64,000 bases of DNA from a bacterium (GTDB lineage Bacteria > JADJOY01): contig JAXLQJ010000001.1 in assembly GCA_046331705.1 (NCBI GenBank), positions 1 to 64,000 on the forward strand, read 5' to 3'. The notes under the pieces are model-generated. The model saw nothing but the letters and a program-made list of their open reading frames with translations. It was not told the origin of the DNA and made no database searches. The translations under genes were made by a program, and so were the position numbers. Below are positions 39,894 to 48,387 of the stretch, in pieces (positions within the stretch are counted from its first letter, which is position 1; every line of letters begins with the position of its first letter).

Positions 39894-40184
39894 GTGATCG
39901 ACCGAATGGCAGAAGCGTTGCTCGCCGACCTCGACCCCGCGCTCGAGGGCCAAGCGAGCGCCACGCCCGAGCGCCGCGAAGCCGCCAAGCGGATCTTGGC
40001 GCAGGCACTCGCCCAGGCGGTGCGAGAGGCGCATTCGGGCATGCGCGAGCGCGCGTTTCGCGCCGCGCGCGGCGTCGCCTACGAGCGCACCAAGGCCGGC
40101 GCCGAGGGCGAGGCGAAGGGCGCCGAGGCCGCCGCCGAGTCCATCCGCGCGCTCGACGTCGAGCCGCCGGAAGAGGCTCCGTGA
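39894..40184 (+). CDS. Small helical hypothetical protein
   Basis: GAGAGG RBS before GTG; Ala/Glu/Arg-rich; stop overlaps the next start (GTGA). Confidence 0.55.
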   Translation: MIDRMAEALLADLDPALEGQASATPERREAAKRILAQALAQAVREAHSGMRERAFRAARGVAYERTKAGAEGEAKGAEAAAESIRALDVEPPEEAP

Positions 40185-40570
40185 TCCCGCTGGGTTCCAC
40201 CCGCTGCCGCGGGTGCGGCGCCGAGGGTGCCAGGCGCACGGCGAATCCGGGCATCGGCGTCGGGTTCCTGGCGATGGGAGTCTTCTTGATCGCGATCGCG
40301 CTCGCCGTGAGGTGGTACGGCGGCGTCGGCGTGTGGCACCAGGTGCTCGGCTGGGGGCTCGTGATCTCCGCGAGCGCCGGCCTGTTCGGAGACGGGCGCG
40401 CGCTGCTGCGCGGCGGTGAGACCTCGGCGTTCTGGATCGAGACGCGGACCCGTTGCGGTGCCTGCGGCCAGCGCACCCGCTACGCCACCGGCCAGCGCGT
40501 GACCCGCTGGCTCCTCCTCGCGACCTTCCTGGTCTTCGGCTACCTGCGCTTCGGCTCGCCGCGAATCTGA
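40181..40570 (+). CDS. Small membrane protein with two CxxC motifs
   Basis: CRGC, two TM helices, CGAC, third TM helix. Confidence 0.65.
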   Translation: MIPLGSTRCRGCGAEGARRTANPGIGVGFLAMGVFLIAIALAVRWYGGVGVWHQVLGWGLVISASAGLFGDGRALLRGGETSAFWIETRTRCGACGQRTRYATGQRVTRWLLLATFLVFGYLRFGSPRI

Positions 40571-40691
40571 GCGCGAGCGGCAGGCGCCCGAGCGGCGCGT
40601 GCCCACGATCGCTGCACGGTTTGTGGACCGGCCGGGAGCTAGACTCGGCGCGGCGGCGAGCCGGCGGGAGTCCGCGACGCGCTGCGATCCC

Positions 40692-41621
40692 ATGCGCTCG
40701 TTCGTGCTGCGGCGGCTGGCGACGTCGATCCCGGTGGTGGTCGGGGTCGTGACGCTGGTGTTCGCGCTCATCCACCTGGTGCCCGGCGATCCGGTGGACG
40801 CGATGCTCGGCGAGACCGCCATGCCCGCGCAACGCGACGAGCTGCGCAAGGCGCTGGGCCTCGATCGGCCCATCCTCGTCCAGTACGCCCATTTCGTCGG
40901 CGGTCTCGCGCGCGGCGACTTGGGCACGAGCTTTCGCCGCGCCACGCCCGTGAGCGAGCTGCTGGCGGAGCGCTACCCCGCCACGTTCCAGCTCACGCTC
41001 GCGGCGATGATCGTGGCGACGCTGGTGGCGATGCCGCTCGGCGTGCTGGCGGCGCTGCGCGCGCGCAGCTGGATCGACCACGGCTCGAGCGCGGTGGCGT
41101 TGCTCGGGGTGTCGATCCCGAACTTCTGGCTCGGCCCCATGCTGATCCTGCTGTTCGCGATCCGTCTCGACTGGCTGCCGGTCTCGGGACGTGACGGTCT
41201 CGCCAACCTGGTGCTGCCGGCGCTCACCCTCGGTCTCGGGCTCACCGGGATCCTCACCCGCATGACCCGGAGCAGCCTCCTCGAGACCCTGAGCGAGGAC
41301 TACATCCGCACCGCCAAGGCGAAGGGATTGAGCCCCGCGGTCATCGTGTGGAAGCACGCGATGCGAAACGCGCTCATCCCGATCGTGACGCTGATGGCGC
41401 TCCAGTTCGGCGCGCTCCTCGCCGGGTCGGTGATCACCGAGACGATCTTCTCGTGGCCGGGAGTCGGCAAGCTGCTGCTCGAAGGCATCCGCGCCCGCGA
41501 CTATCCCGTGGTGCAGGGCGTGGTGCTCACCATCGCGCTCACCTACGTGGCGGTGAACCTGCTCACCGATCTCGTCTACGCCTGGGTGAACCCGGGCATC
41601 CGCTTCGGGGGCGGCCGGTGA
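40692..41621 (+). CDS. dppB: Peptide/nickel ABC transporter permease (DppB/OppB/NikB family)
   Basis: VPGDP, LGLDRP..VQY, GDLGTS, SIPNFWLG, EDYIRTAKAKGL, ETIFSWPGVG, RDYPVVQ. Confidence 0.93.
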   Translation: MRSFVLRRLATSIPVVVGVVTLVFALIHLVPGDPVDAMLGETAMPAQRDELRKALGLDRPILVQYAHFVGGLARGDLGTSFRRATPVSELLAERYPATFQLTLAAMIVATLVAMPLGVLAALRARSWIDHGSSAVALLGVSIPNFWLGPMLILLFAIRLDWLPVSGRDGLANLVLPALTLGLGLTGILTRMTRSSLLETLSEDYIRTAKAKGLSPAVIVWKHAMRNALIPIVTLMALQFGALLAGSVITETIFSWPGVGKLLLEGIRARDYPVVQGVVLTIALTYVAVNLLTDLVYAWVNPGIRFGGGR

Positions 41622-42496
41622 GCGCGGCGCCGACCGCGCCGGCGCGCAGCTTCGCTTCGTCCGGCGGGTCGCGGCTCGCGGCACGCTTCCTCGCGCACCG
41701 CGGGGCGATGCTCGGGCTGACGCTGACGGCGCTGCTGCTCCTCCTGGCGGCGCTCGGCCCTTGGCTCGCCCCGCACGATCCGCTCGCGCAGGACCTCGGC
41801 GCGCGGCTCGCGGCACCCGACGGCGCGCACTGGCTGGGCCGCGACTCGCTCGGCCGCGACCTCTTGAGCCGCATCCTGGTGGGCGCCCGCGTGTCGCTCG
41901 CCGTGGGGTTGGTGGTGGTGACGGTGTCGGCGAGCGTGGGCACGCTGATCGGCGCGGCCGTGGGGCTGGCGGGCGGATGGGTCGACGAGGTCGCCATGCG
42001 CGTCGTCGACGTGCTGCTCGCGTTCCCGGGCATCCTGCTCGCCATCGCGATCAGCGCGGTCCTCGGCCCTGGCCTCGATCACACGGTGATGGCGCTCTGC
42101 GTCCTGGGCTGGGTGGGCTACGCGCGGCTGGTGCGCGGCCAGGTGCTGGCGCTGCGCGAGCGCGAGTTCGTGCAGGCCGCGGTGGCGCTCGGTGCCGGTC
42201 GCGCCCGAATCGTGCTCAAGCACCTGATCCCGAACCTGCTGGCGCCGGTGCTGGTGCAAGCCACCTTCGGCATGGCGAGCGCGATCGTCGCGGAAGCGAG
42301 CCTGAGCTTTCTCGGTCTGGGCGTCGTGCCGCCCACGCCGAGCTGGGGCAGCATGATCGACGAAGGCCGGCTCTACCTCGAGCAAGCACCGCACGTGGCG
42401 GCCTTCCCGGGGCTCGCCATCTTGCTCACGGTGCTCGGCCTCAACTTCCTGGGCGACGGGCTGCGCGACGCGCTCGACGTGAAGAGCGCCCACTGA
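41618..42496 (+). CDS. dppC: Peptide/nickel ABC transporter permease (DppC/OppC/NikC family)
   Basis: HWLGRDSLGRD, AFPGILL, REFVQAAVALG, EASLSFLGLG, PSWGSMI, NFLGDGLRDALD; GTGA overlap. Confidence 0.93.
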   Translation: MSAAPTAPARSFASSGGSRLAARFLAHRGAMLGLTLTALLLLLAALGPWLAPHDPLAQDLGARLAAPDGAHWLGRDSLGRDLLSRILVGARVSLAVGLVVVTVSASVGTLIGAAVGLAGGWVDEVAMRVVDVLLAFPGILLAIAISAVLGPGLDHTVMALCVLGWVGYARLVRGQVLALREREFVQAAVALGAGRARIVLKHLIPNLLAPVLVQATFGMASAIVAEASLSFLGLGVVPPTPSWGSMIDEGRLYLEQAPHVAAFPGLAILLTVLGLNFLGDGLRDALDVKSAH

Positions 42497-42497
42497 C

Positions 42498-45400
42498 ATG
42501 AGCGACACCGCCGCCCCGACGCACACGCCGCGCGCACGCGGCGCACGGCTGCTGCGCGGCGCGTGGAGATGGGCTCGCCGAGGCATCTACCTGCTCGGCG
42601 CTCTGGTGGTGGTGGCACTGGTGAGCCTGGCGGCGGCGCAGGTATTCGTGAACACCGACGCCGGGCGCCAGCAGGTGACGAAGCTCCTGTCCGGGGTTCT
42701 CGACCAGGACGTCACGGCTTCCAGCCTCGAGCTGCACTTGCTCTCGGGCCTCTCGATCAAGGACTTGAAGCTCACGCCACGCGGGGAGCTGGCGGCGCAC
42801 CCGTTCCTCGTGACCGACGAGCTGACCCTCGGGTACTCGCTCTCGGAGCTGGTGCACGGGACGTTGCGCATCGATCAGCTCGCGCTCAACGGGGCGAGCG
42901 TCGCGATCGTGTTCCGCGGCGCGCACAGCAACATCCCGCTCGCTGGAGGCGCGCCGCCAGCACCGACAGCGGCGGTCGCGCCAGCAGCGGCGACGACGCC
43001 GCCCGCGGCACCACCCACAGCCGCGCCCGCCGCCGCAGCCCCGCCGCCGCAGCTCGCTCCAGGGCTCGCACCCGCGCCAGCGCCGACGACGACACCGAGC
43101 CCGAGGCCGCGCGGTCTCGTGCTTCCGGTGCTGCCCCTCGCCATCGCGATCGACGCGCTCAAGCTCGCCGACGTCTCGGTGGTGGTCGATCTCGACGGCA
43201 AACTCCTGGTCGAGTCACACGGTCTCGATCTCTCGCTGCACGGAACGGCCGGACCCGGCGGCGCCGACCTCGCGCTCACGGCGGGCCATCGCGCCGGCCC
43301 CGAGCACGACGTGCGCATGACCGTTTCCGGCGCTCGTCCGATCGCGCTGCGCTCGCAGCTCGAGCTCGACCTCACGCTGCGCGGATCGAACCTCGACCGG
43401 CTCGCCGCCGAGCTGCGCCTCGCGCTACCTGGCGCCAGCGTCGATCTCGGCGGCGGGCCGCACACCGTCACCGCCAAGCTCGAGGCTCGCGGCACCACCG
43501 AGCTCTCGAAGGCGACCGCCACCCTCGATCCGGTGACCCTCGATCTCGGCGCGGGCGGTTCGATCGCGCTTCGCGCCGGGCTCGACGACTTCCTCGCGGC
43601 GCCGCGCATCGACGCCACGATCTCCCACGGACGGTTGGTCCTCGGCGAGCTGGTGCCGATCGCGGCGGCGTTCCTGCCCGAGCTCTCCGCCTCGGGCACC
43701 GTCGAGATCGAGAACCTCACCGCGCGCGGCAACCTCGGCGGCGGCACCGCGAGCGATCCCTTCACGGCAACCGGACGCATCGCGCTGGTGGACCTCGCCG
43801 CGAGCTACCCGGCCGCCACGCTCGAGGCGCGCGGGCTGACGGGTGGGATCGAGCTCGAGCGCGTCGCCCTCGTCCACTATCGGCCCACGGCGCTCTCCGC
43901 CACCGCCAACGTGGCACTCGCCTCCGCGACGCTGCCCGCCAGCGGACGGATCGAGGAGCTGACCCTCGCCCTCGGCGCGACGGCCAACGGCGCGGATTTT
44001 CACGACGTGCATGCGCGAGCCGACGTGCGAGCGGCCAAGCTGATCCCGCCCGGGCTCGGCGCGGACGCCAAACCGCTCGCGCTGGACGCCAGCGCCGCCA
44101 CCGCCGCGGATCTCACCAGCGGCGATCTGACGGGCATCGAGGTGCGTGCCCGGGTTCCGGGCGCCCTCGACGTCCGCGCCACCGGCGACGTCGCCGCGTT
44201 CGGCAAGGGCGCGGTGAAGCTCGCGACCAGCGTCGAGGTCCAACCCGGGCCGCTGCTCGCGTGGATTCCGCCCTCGCTCCTGGGCGGCCTACCCGCGCCG
44301 AAGGCCGCCGGCACCGCGAAGCTCGACGCGGCCGTCACCGGGGACCTCGGACCCCGGACGCTCGCTGCGCACGGCACGCTCACGCTGGCGAAGCTCGCCG
44401 CGTCGAACCTGCCGGCGCGCTCCGCCGTGCGCGCCGTCGACGGCACCATCCGCTTCGACGCGACCCTCGGCGAAGGTTTTCAGCCGGGCCCGGCCCAGCT
44501 CGACGGCAGGCTCACGCTCGCGGAGATCACCGCACTCGACGCGCTGCGCGTGCAAACGGCGACGGTGGCGCTCGGCGCGAGCGCAGCCGGGCTCCCGCTC
44601 GACGCCGCGAGCGCCAAGCTCGAGCTCGCGGTGAAGGGCGCCGCATACCGCTCGAAGACGCTCGAAGCTCCGCCCCAGGACCTGCGCCTGGTGCTCGCCG
44701 CGCGCGGCAACCCGACCCGCGGCGACCTCGTGCTCGAGAATCTCGAGCTGGCCGTGAACCGGGTGGCACGCTTCACGGCCAAGGCGAATGCGCGTGCCTT
44801 CGGGAACGAATCCCTGGAGGCGGAGGCGCACCTGAGCGGGCTCGACCTCGCGACCTTGGCGCTCAAGCTGCCGCATTCGCTCGAGAGCGCGGTGGCCGGC
44901 GTGTCCGCCACTGGCGCGCCCACCCTCGACGTACGCGTGAAGGGCCGCCTGCCATCGCCAGTGGAGCTCGAATCGCTGACGCTGCCCCTCGAAGGTCGGG
45001 TGAGCTTCGAGCTGCCGAAGGGCTCGCTGCGCTGGCCCGCTCGCGAGCTCGCGGTGGGCAAGGCCACCACGCGCCTCACGGTGGCGTTCGATCCAGCGAA
45101 CGTGTCGGTGGCGCTCGATGCCACCGCCTTCGAGGTCGTGGACAAGCCACATCTGGGAGCGGATTCGCGCGACTTCTCGGCGACCGTGCGGGTGTCGCTG
45201 GCGGATCGCGATCGGCTCGCGGTGGAGCAGATCTACCTGGGCGTGCTCAATCGCGGTGCCTTCGCGTTCGTGGGCGGCGAGCTGGCCGGGCTGCGCTCGA
45301 TCCTCGACGGTCGCGTGCTGCCGCCGGTGGGCGAGCTCCTGCGCACCCTCGCGGGCCGATTCGAGGTCGACGCCGGCTTCGATCGGCCGACCGCCTCGCA

Positions 45401-46448
45401 GATCGCGCCGGGTTTCACGGTGAAGGGCGGCGCCTCCGCGCGGCTCGCCGCCAAGCTCAGGCCAGGGCGTGACCTCGCGATCGACGGGCAAGCGTTCTTC
45501 GCGGACCTCGAGGCCAAGGCACCGCCCACGCTCGACGTCACCGGGCTCACGGGCCGCTTCCCGATCCAGAAGACGCTCGCGATCATCGCGCCCGACGCCC
45601 GCGCGCGCAGCGGCGACGGAGCCGCGCGACGAGCGGACGCCGATGCCGCCGCCGAGCGCAACCGTTCGCTCTACGGCGCGCTGCGCCCGCTCAGCGCCAA
45701 TCGCGACAACGTGCGCCTCGCGAACCTGCTCGCCGGCCCGCTCGCCGCGCACGACATCTATCTGGACGTCGCGTTCCACGAGCGCGCGCTCGCCATCCAG
45801 CGCTTCGGCGTCGGCCTCTTGAGCGGCTGGGCGGGCGGCAGCGCCGAGACGTCGTTCTCGGCGGCGCGGAACCGACTCGCGCTGGCGCTCGAGTTCGGCG
45901 AGATCGACGTGCGCCGCCTGCTACCGCTCGAGAGCCCGCTCGCCGACGAGCAAGCCCAGGTGAGCGGCACCGCCCGCATCTCGCTCGACCTCGCGCGTGG
46001 CGAGGTCGGCGGCAAAGGCACCGTGAGCCTCGGCGACGTCAACGCCGATCTCAACCTGACGCGGATCGGCGAAGAGGCGCTCGACCAGCTCCTGGTCTTC
46101 CTCGATCCGAAGGGCGATCAAGGCTCGATCGGGACCTTCCGCACCATCCTGCGCACCACCGACCTCACCATCAATCGCGTGCAGATTCCCATCCAGAACG
46201 GCTCGCTCAGCATGCGCGTCGAGTACGGGATCCACGCCCACGTGCCGCGTTTCCTCGAACAGGCGCTCAACATCGTCTACGACACCACCAACCGCTTCGA
46301 GATCCCCGCGATCCCGCTCTTGCGGCTGCAGAACGTCGAGAAGCTCAAGCCCCTCTTCGACCAGCTCGCCAGCCTGCAGCCGATCCTCGACATCGTCGGC
46401 GGCGACCACATCCGCATCGAGCCGGACGGATCCTTCCGGATCGAGTGA
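42498..46448 (+). CDS. Large AsmA/TamB/YdbH-like intermembrane protein
   Basis: 1316 aa; N-terminal TM anchor; extended amphipathic beta-strand pattern throughout; Pro/Ala linker. Confidence 0.7.
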   Translation: MSDTAAPTHTPRARGARLLRGAWRWARRGIYLLGALVVVALVSLAAAQVFVNTDAGRQQVTKLLSGVLDQDVTASSLELHLLSGLSIKDLKLTPRGELAAHPFLVTDELTLGYSLSELVHGTLRIDQLALNGASVAIVFRGAHSNIPLAGGAPPAPTAAVAPAAATTPPAAPPTAAPAAAAPPPQLAPGLAPAPAPTTTPSPRPRGLVLPVLPLAIAIDALKLADVSVVVDLDGKLLVESHGLDLSLHGTAGPGGADLALTAGHRAGPEHDVRMTVSGARPIALRSQLELDLTLRGSNLDRLAAELRLALPGASVDLGGGPHTVTAKLEARGTTELSKATATLDPVTLDLGAGGSIALRAGLDDFLAAPRIDATISHGRLVLGELVPIAAAFLPELSASGTVEIENLTARGNLGGGTASDPFTATGRIALVDLAASYPAATLEARGLTGGIELERVALVHYRPTALSATANVALASATLPASGRIEELTLALGATANGADFHDVHARADVRAAKLIPPGLGADAKPLALDASAATAADLTSGDLTGIEVRARVPGALDVRATGDVAAFGKGAVKLATSVEVQPGPLLAWIPPSLLGGLPAPKAAGTAKLDAAVTGDLGPRTLAAHGTLTLAKLAASNLPARSAVRAVDGTIRFDATLGEGFQPGPAQLDGRLTLAEITALDALRVQTATVALGASAAGLPLDAASAKLELAVKGAAYRSKTLEAPPQDLRLVLAARGNPTRGDLVLENLELAVNRVARFTAKANARAFGNESLEAEAHLSGLDLATLALKLPHSLESAVAGVSATGAPTLDVRVKGRLPSPVELESLTLPLEGRVSFELPKGSLRWPARELAVGKATTRLTVAFDPANVSVALDATAFEVVDKPHLGADSRDFSATVRVSLADRDRLAVEQIYLGVLNRGAFAFVGGELAGLRSILDGRVLPPVGELLRTLAGRFEVDAGFDRPTASQIAPGFTVKGGASARLAAKLRPGRDLAIDGQAFFADLEAKAPPTLDVTGLTGRFPIQKTLAIIAPDARARSGDGAARRADADAAAERNRSLYGALRPLSANRDNVRLANLLAGPLAAHDIYLDVAFHERALAIQRFGVGLLSGWAGGSAETSFSAARNRLALALEFGEIDVRRLLPLESPLADEQAQVSGTARISLDLARGEVGGKGTVSLGDVNADLNLTRIGEEALDQLLVFLDPKGDQGSIGTFRTILRTTDLTINRVQIPIQNGSLSMRVEYGIHAHVPRFLEQALNIVYDTTNRFEIPAIPLLRLQNVEKLKPLFDQLASLQPILDIVGGDHIRIEPDGSFRIE

Positions 46449-46475
46449 GCCCCAGGCCCGCGCGGCGTGCCGCGA

Positions 46476-46495
46476 TCCCGCGCCCTGGCGCGGGA
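46476..46495. terminator. GC-rich hairpin between convergent genes
   Basis: TCCCGCGCC-CT-GGCGCGGGA inverted repeat; no U-tract. Confidence 0.35.
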
Positions 46496-46496
46496 A

Positions 46497-47135
46497 TCAT
46501 TCGAACGAGGCGCGGCGCAGGTTCGGCACGGCGGCGCGAACCGCGTTGAGAACCTCGTCGAGCCGGCGTCGGGGCACGCTCACGCGCACGTCCAGGCTCA
46601 CCTCGCCGGGCTCGCGCACCCAGCCCGCTTGCACCAGATCGCCGTGGTATCGCTCGAGGGCGGACATGACCATCGGCACCTCGGCCATGTCGCCCACGAC
46701 CAGCTTGAGCGAGCGCACGTAGGCACCCCAACCCAGGCTCTCGAGCGCGCGGTCGAGCAGCAGCACGAACAGCACCATCGCGAAGGCCGCCCCGGCGGTG
46801 TGGTACATCGCGGCGCCGATGCTCGCGCCGAGCGCGGCCATCAGCCAGATCGTCGCGGCGGTCGTGAAGCCTTGCGCCGCGCCGCCGCGGCCCGCGATCG
46901 CGGCACTGCCCAGAAAGCCCACGCCAGCGGCGAGCCCGGAGGCCATGCCCAGCTCCATGCCGGCGTAGCGGGTCTGGATCTGCACCAGCACGAACAAGCA
47001 CGCACCGGTGCACACGAGCACGTAGGTGCCGAAGGGCACCACCTTGCGCGCGACCTGCCGCTCGAGCGCGATGATGGAGCTCAATACGAACGCGACGACG
47101 AGACGGAAAACGATCGAGGTCCACGCTTCTTCCAT
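46497..47135 (-). CDS. MgtC/SapB family membrane protein
   Basis: RLVVAFVLSSIIALERQ, GVGFLGSAAI, GFTTAATIW; ACT-like C-terminus. Confidence 0.88.
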   Translation of the reverse strand: MEEAWTSIVFRLVVAFVLSSIIALERQVARKVVPFGTYVLVCTGACLFVLVQIQTRYAGMELGMASGLAAGVGFLGSAAIAGRGGAAQGFTTAATIWLMAALGASIGAAMYHTAGAAFAMVLFVLLLDRALESLGWGAYVRSLKLVVGDMAEVPMVMSALERYHGDLVQAGWVREPGEVSLDVRVSVPRRRLDEVLNAVRAAVPNLRRASFE

Positions 47136-47144
47136 CGCCGCTCC

Positions 47145-48329
47145 TCAGCCCTGATCGCGCTCGAAGACGAGGCGCGCGCCGTCTTGGCTCTTGGTCTTGA
47201 GCTTGACGCCCTTGTCGCTCATTCCCTTGCGGATCGCGCGCCCCAACCCGCCCGCGTCGGTATCCGTCCACAAGAGCTCGATCTCCACCGAGCCCGCCTC
47301 GCGATGCAGCTCTTTCACGCTCTTGGCGCGTGCGTCGCCGCCCAGGAGGTCGACCGCGGCGTCCATGTCGTCCTCGCTCACGCCCAGCAAGACGATGTGG
47401 AACGTCTGACCGTACGTCTCGGCCTGTCCTTGAGCGTCGACGATGCGCTTCGTCATCGCGACCGTCGGCGCCTTGGCGGCAGCGACGGCGGCCGAGCGAG
47501 CGGCGTCGCGAAAGGCGTCGGACCCGCGTGGACCGGAGGCGATCGTCTTCTCGGACGCTTCCTCCGAGCCGAGATAGAGCGCCGTCGAGCAATCGAACGC
47601 CTTGAACGCGGCGGTGACGCTCGCCGCCCGGTAGTTGCCCTTCACCACCTCGTCCTGATTGAGGCGCGTGACCACCAGGATCTCCGCGCCACGATCCTTG
47701 GCCAGCCCGGCGAGGTCTTGATCGCTGAGGCCGCTGCGGGCATCGATCTGCCGGTACACCTCGCGCATCGCTTCGTCGTCGAAGACGCGAAACTGCGCGT
47801 CGGAGAGCGCGCGGTTCATGGCCTGGACGAGCGCGTCGGCGGCGGGATCTTGCCGCGGCGGCGCCGTCGGGGTGTCGGCTCGGTAGACCACCATGACGCG
47901 CTTCAGGCCGTGTCGCTGCTGATGGATGCGGCCGGCGACGACGTCGTCGAGCGCGTTGCCGAGCTTCGCCGCGTCGACGGTCGCCTCCACCTCCACCGTG
48001 TAGCTCGCGCCGTCGGCGCTCGGCCCCTCGCGGAGCACCCGATACGAGCGCACGAATCCCTGGGATGCCGAATAGATCTTGTCCTGAACCAACGCGAGGT
48101 TCTGCACCAGCGTCGTCGAATCGACGAGCGCGCCCACGCCCTGCTCGACGGCGGCACGCAGCGCGCTTTCCAGCGCCTGCCGCTTGGCGGCTGCCACGTT
48201 GCCGCCCGCGAGCGGCGCCTCGCCGCGCGCCACCACCGGGCCGGAGGGGACCGGACCCGCGAGGGGTCGGGTGGAGAGGCCGAGCAGCATCACGACGGAC
48301 ATCAGCATCCGCGCCAGCGTTCGATTCAT
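47145..48329 (-). CDS. Secreted protein with an FlgT N-terminal-like domain
   Basis: Signal peptide; ARGEA...AKRQALESALRAAVEQGVGALVDSTTLVQN...DKIYSASQGFVRSYRVLRE...YTVEVEATVD. Confidence 0.75.
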   Translation of the reverse strand: MNRTLARMLMSVVMLLGLSTRPLAGPVPSGPVVARGEAPLAGGNVAAAKRQALESALRAAVEQGVGALVDSTTLVQNLALVQDKIYSASQGFVRSYRVLREGPSADGASYTVEVEATVDAAKLGNALDDVVAGRIHQQRHGLKRVMVVYRADTPTAPPRQDPAADALVQAMNRALSDAQFRVFDDEAMREVYRQIDARSGLSDQDLAGLAKDRGAEILVVTRLNQDEVVKGNYRAASVTAAFKAFDCSTALYLGSEEASEKTIASGPRGSDAFRDAARSAAVAAAKAPTVAMTKRIVDAQGQAETYGQTFHIVLLGVSEDDMDAAVDLLGGDARAKSVKELHREAGSVEIELLWTDTDAGGLGRAIRKGMSDKGVKLKTKSQDGARLVFERDQG

Positions 48330-48387
48330 CCGTGTCGTCCCCACCCTCGAGAGCACGTGCACCGCCGCTTCGCCCCGTCGCGACGGC

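Noticed and set aside
47145-48329. Flagellar gene flgT
   Set aside because: Only the N-terminal-like domain is recognisable and there is no flagellar context.
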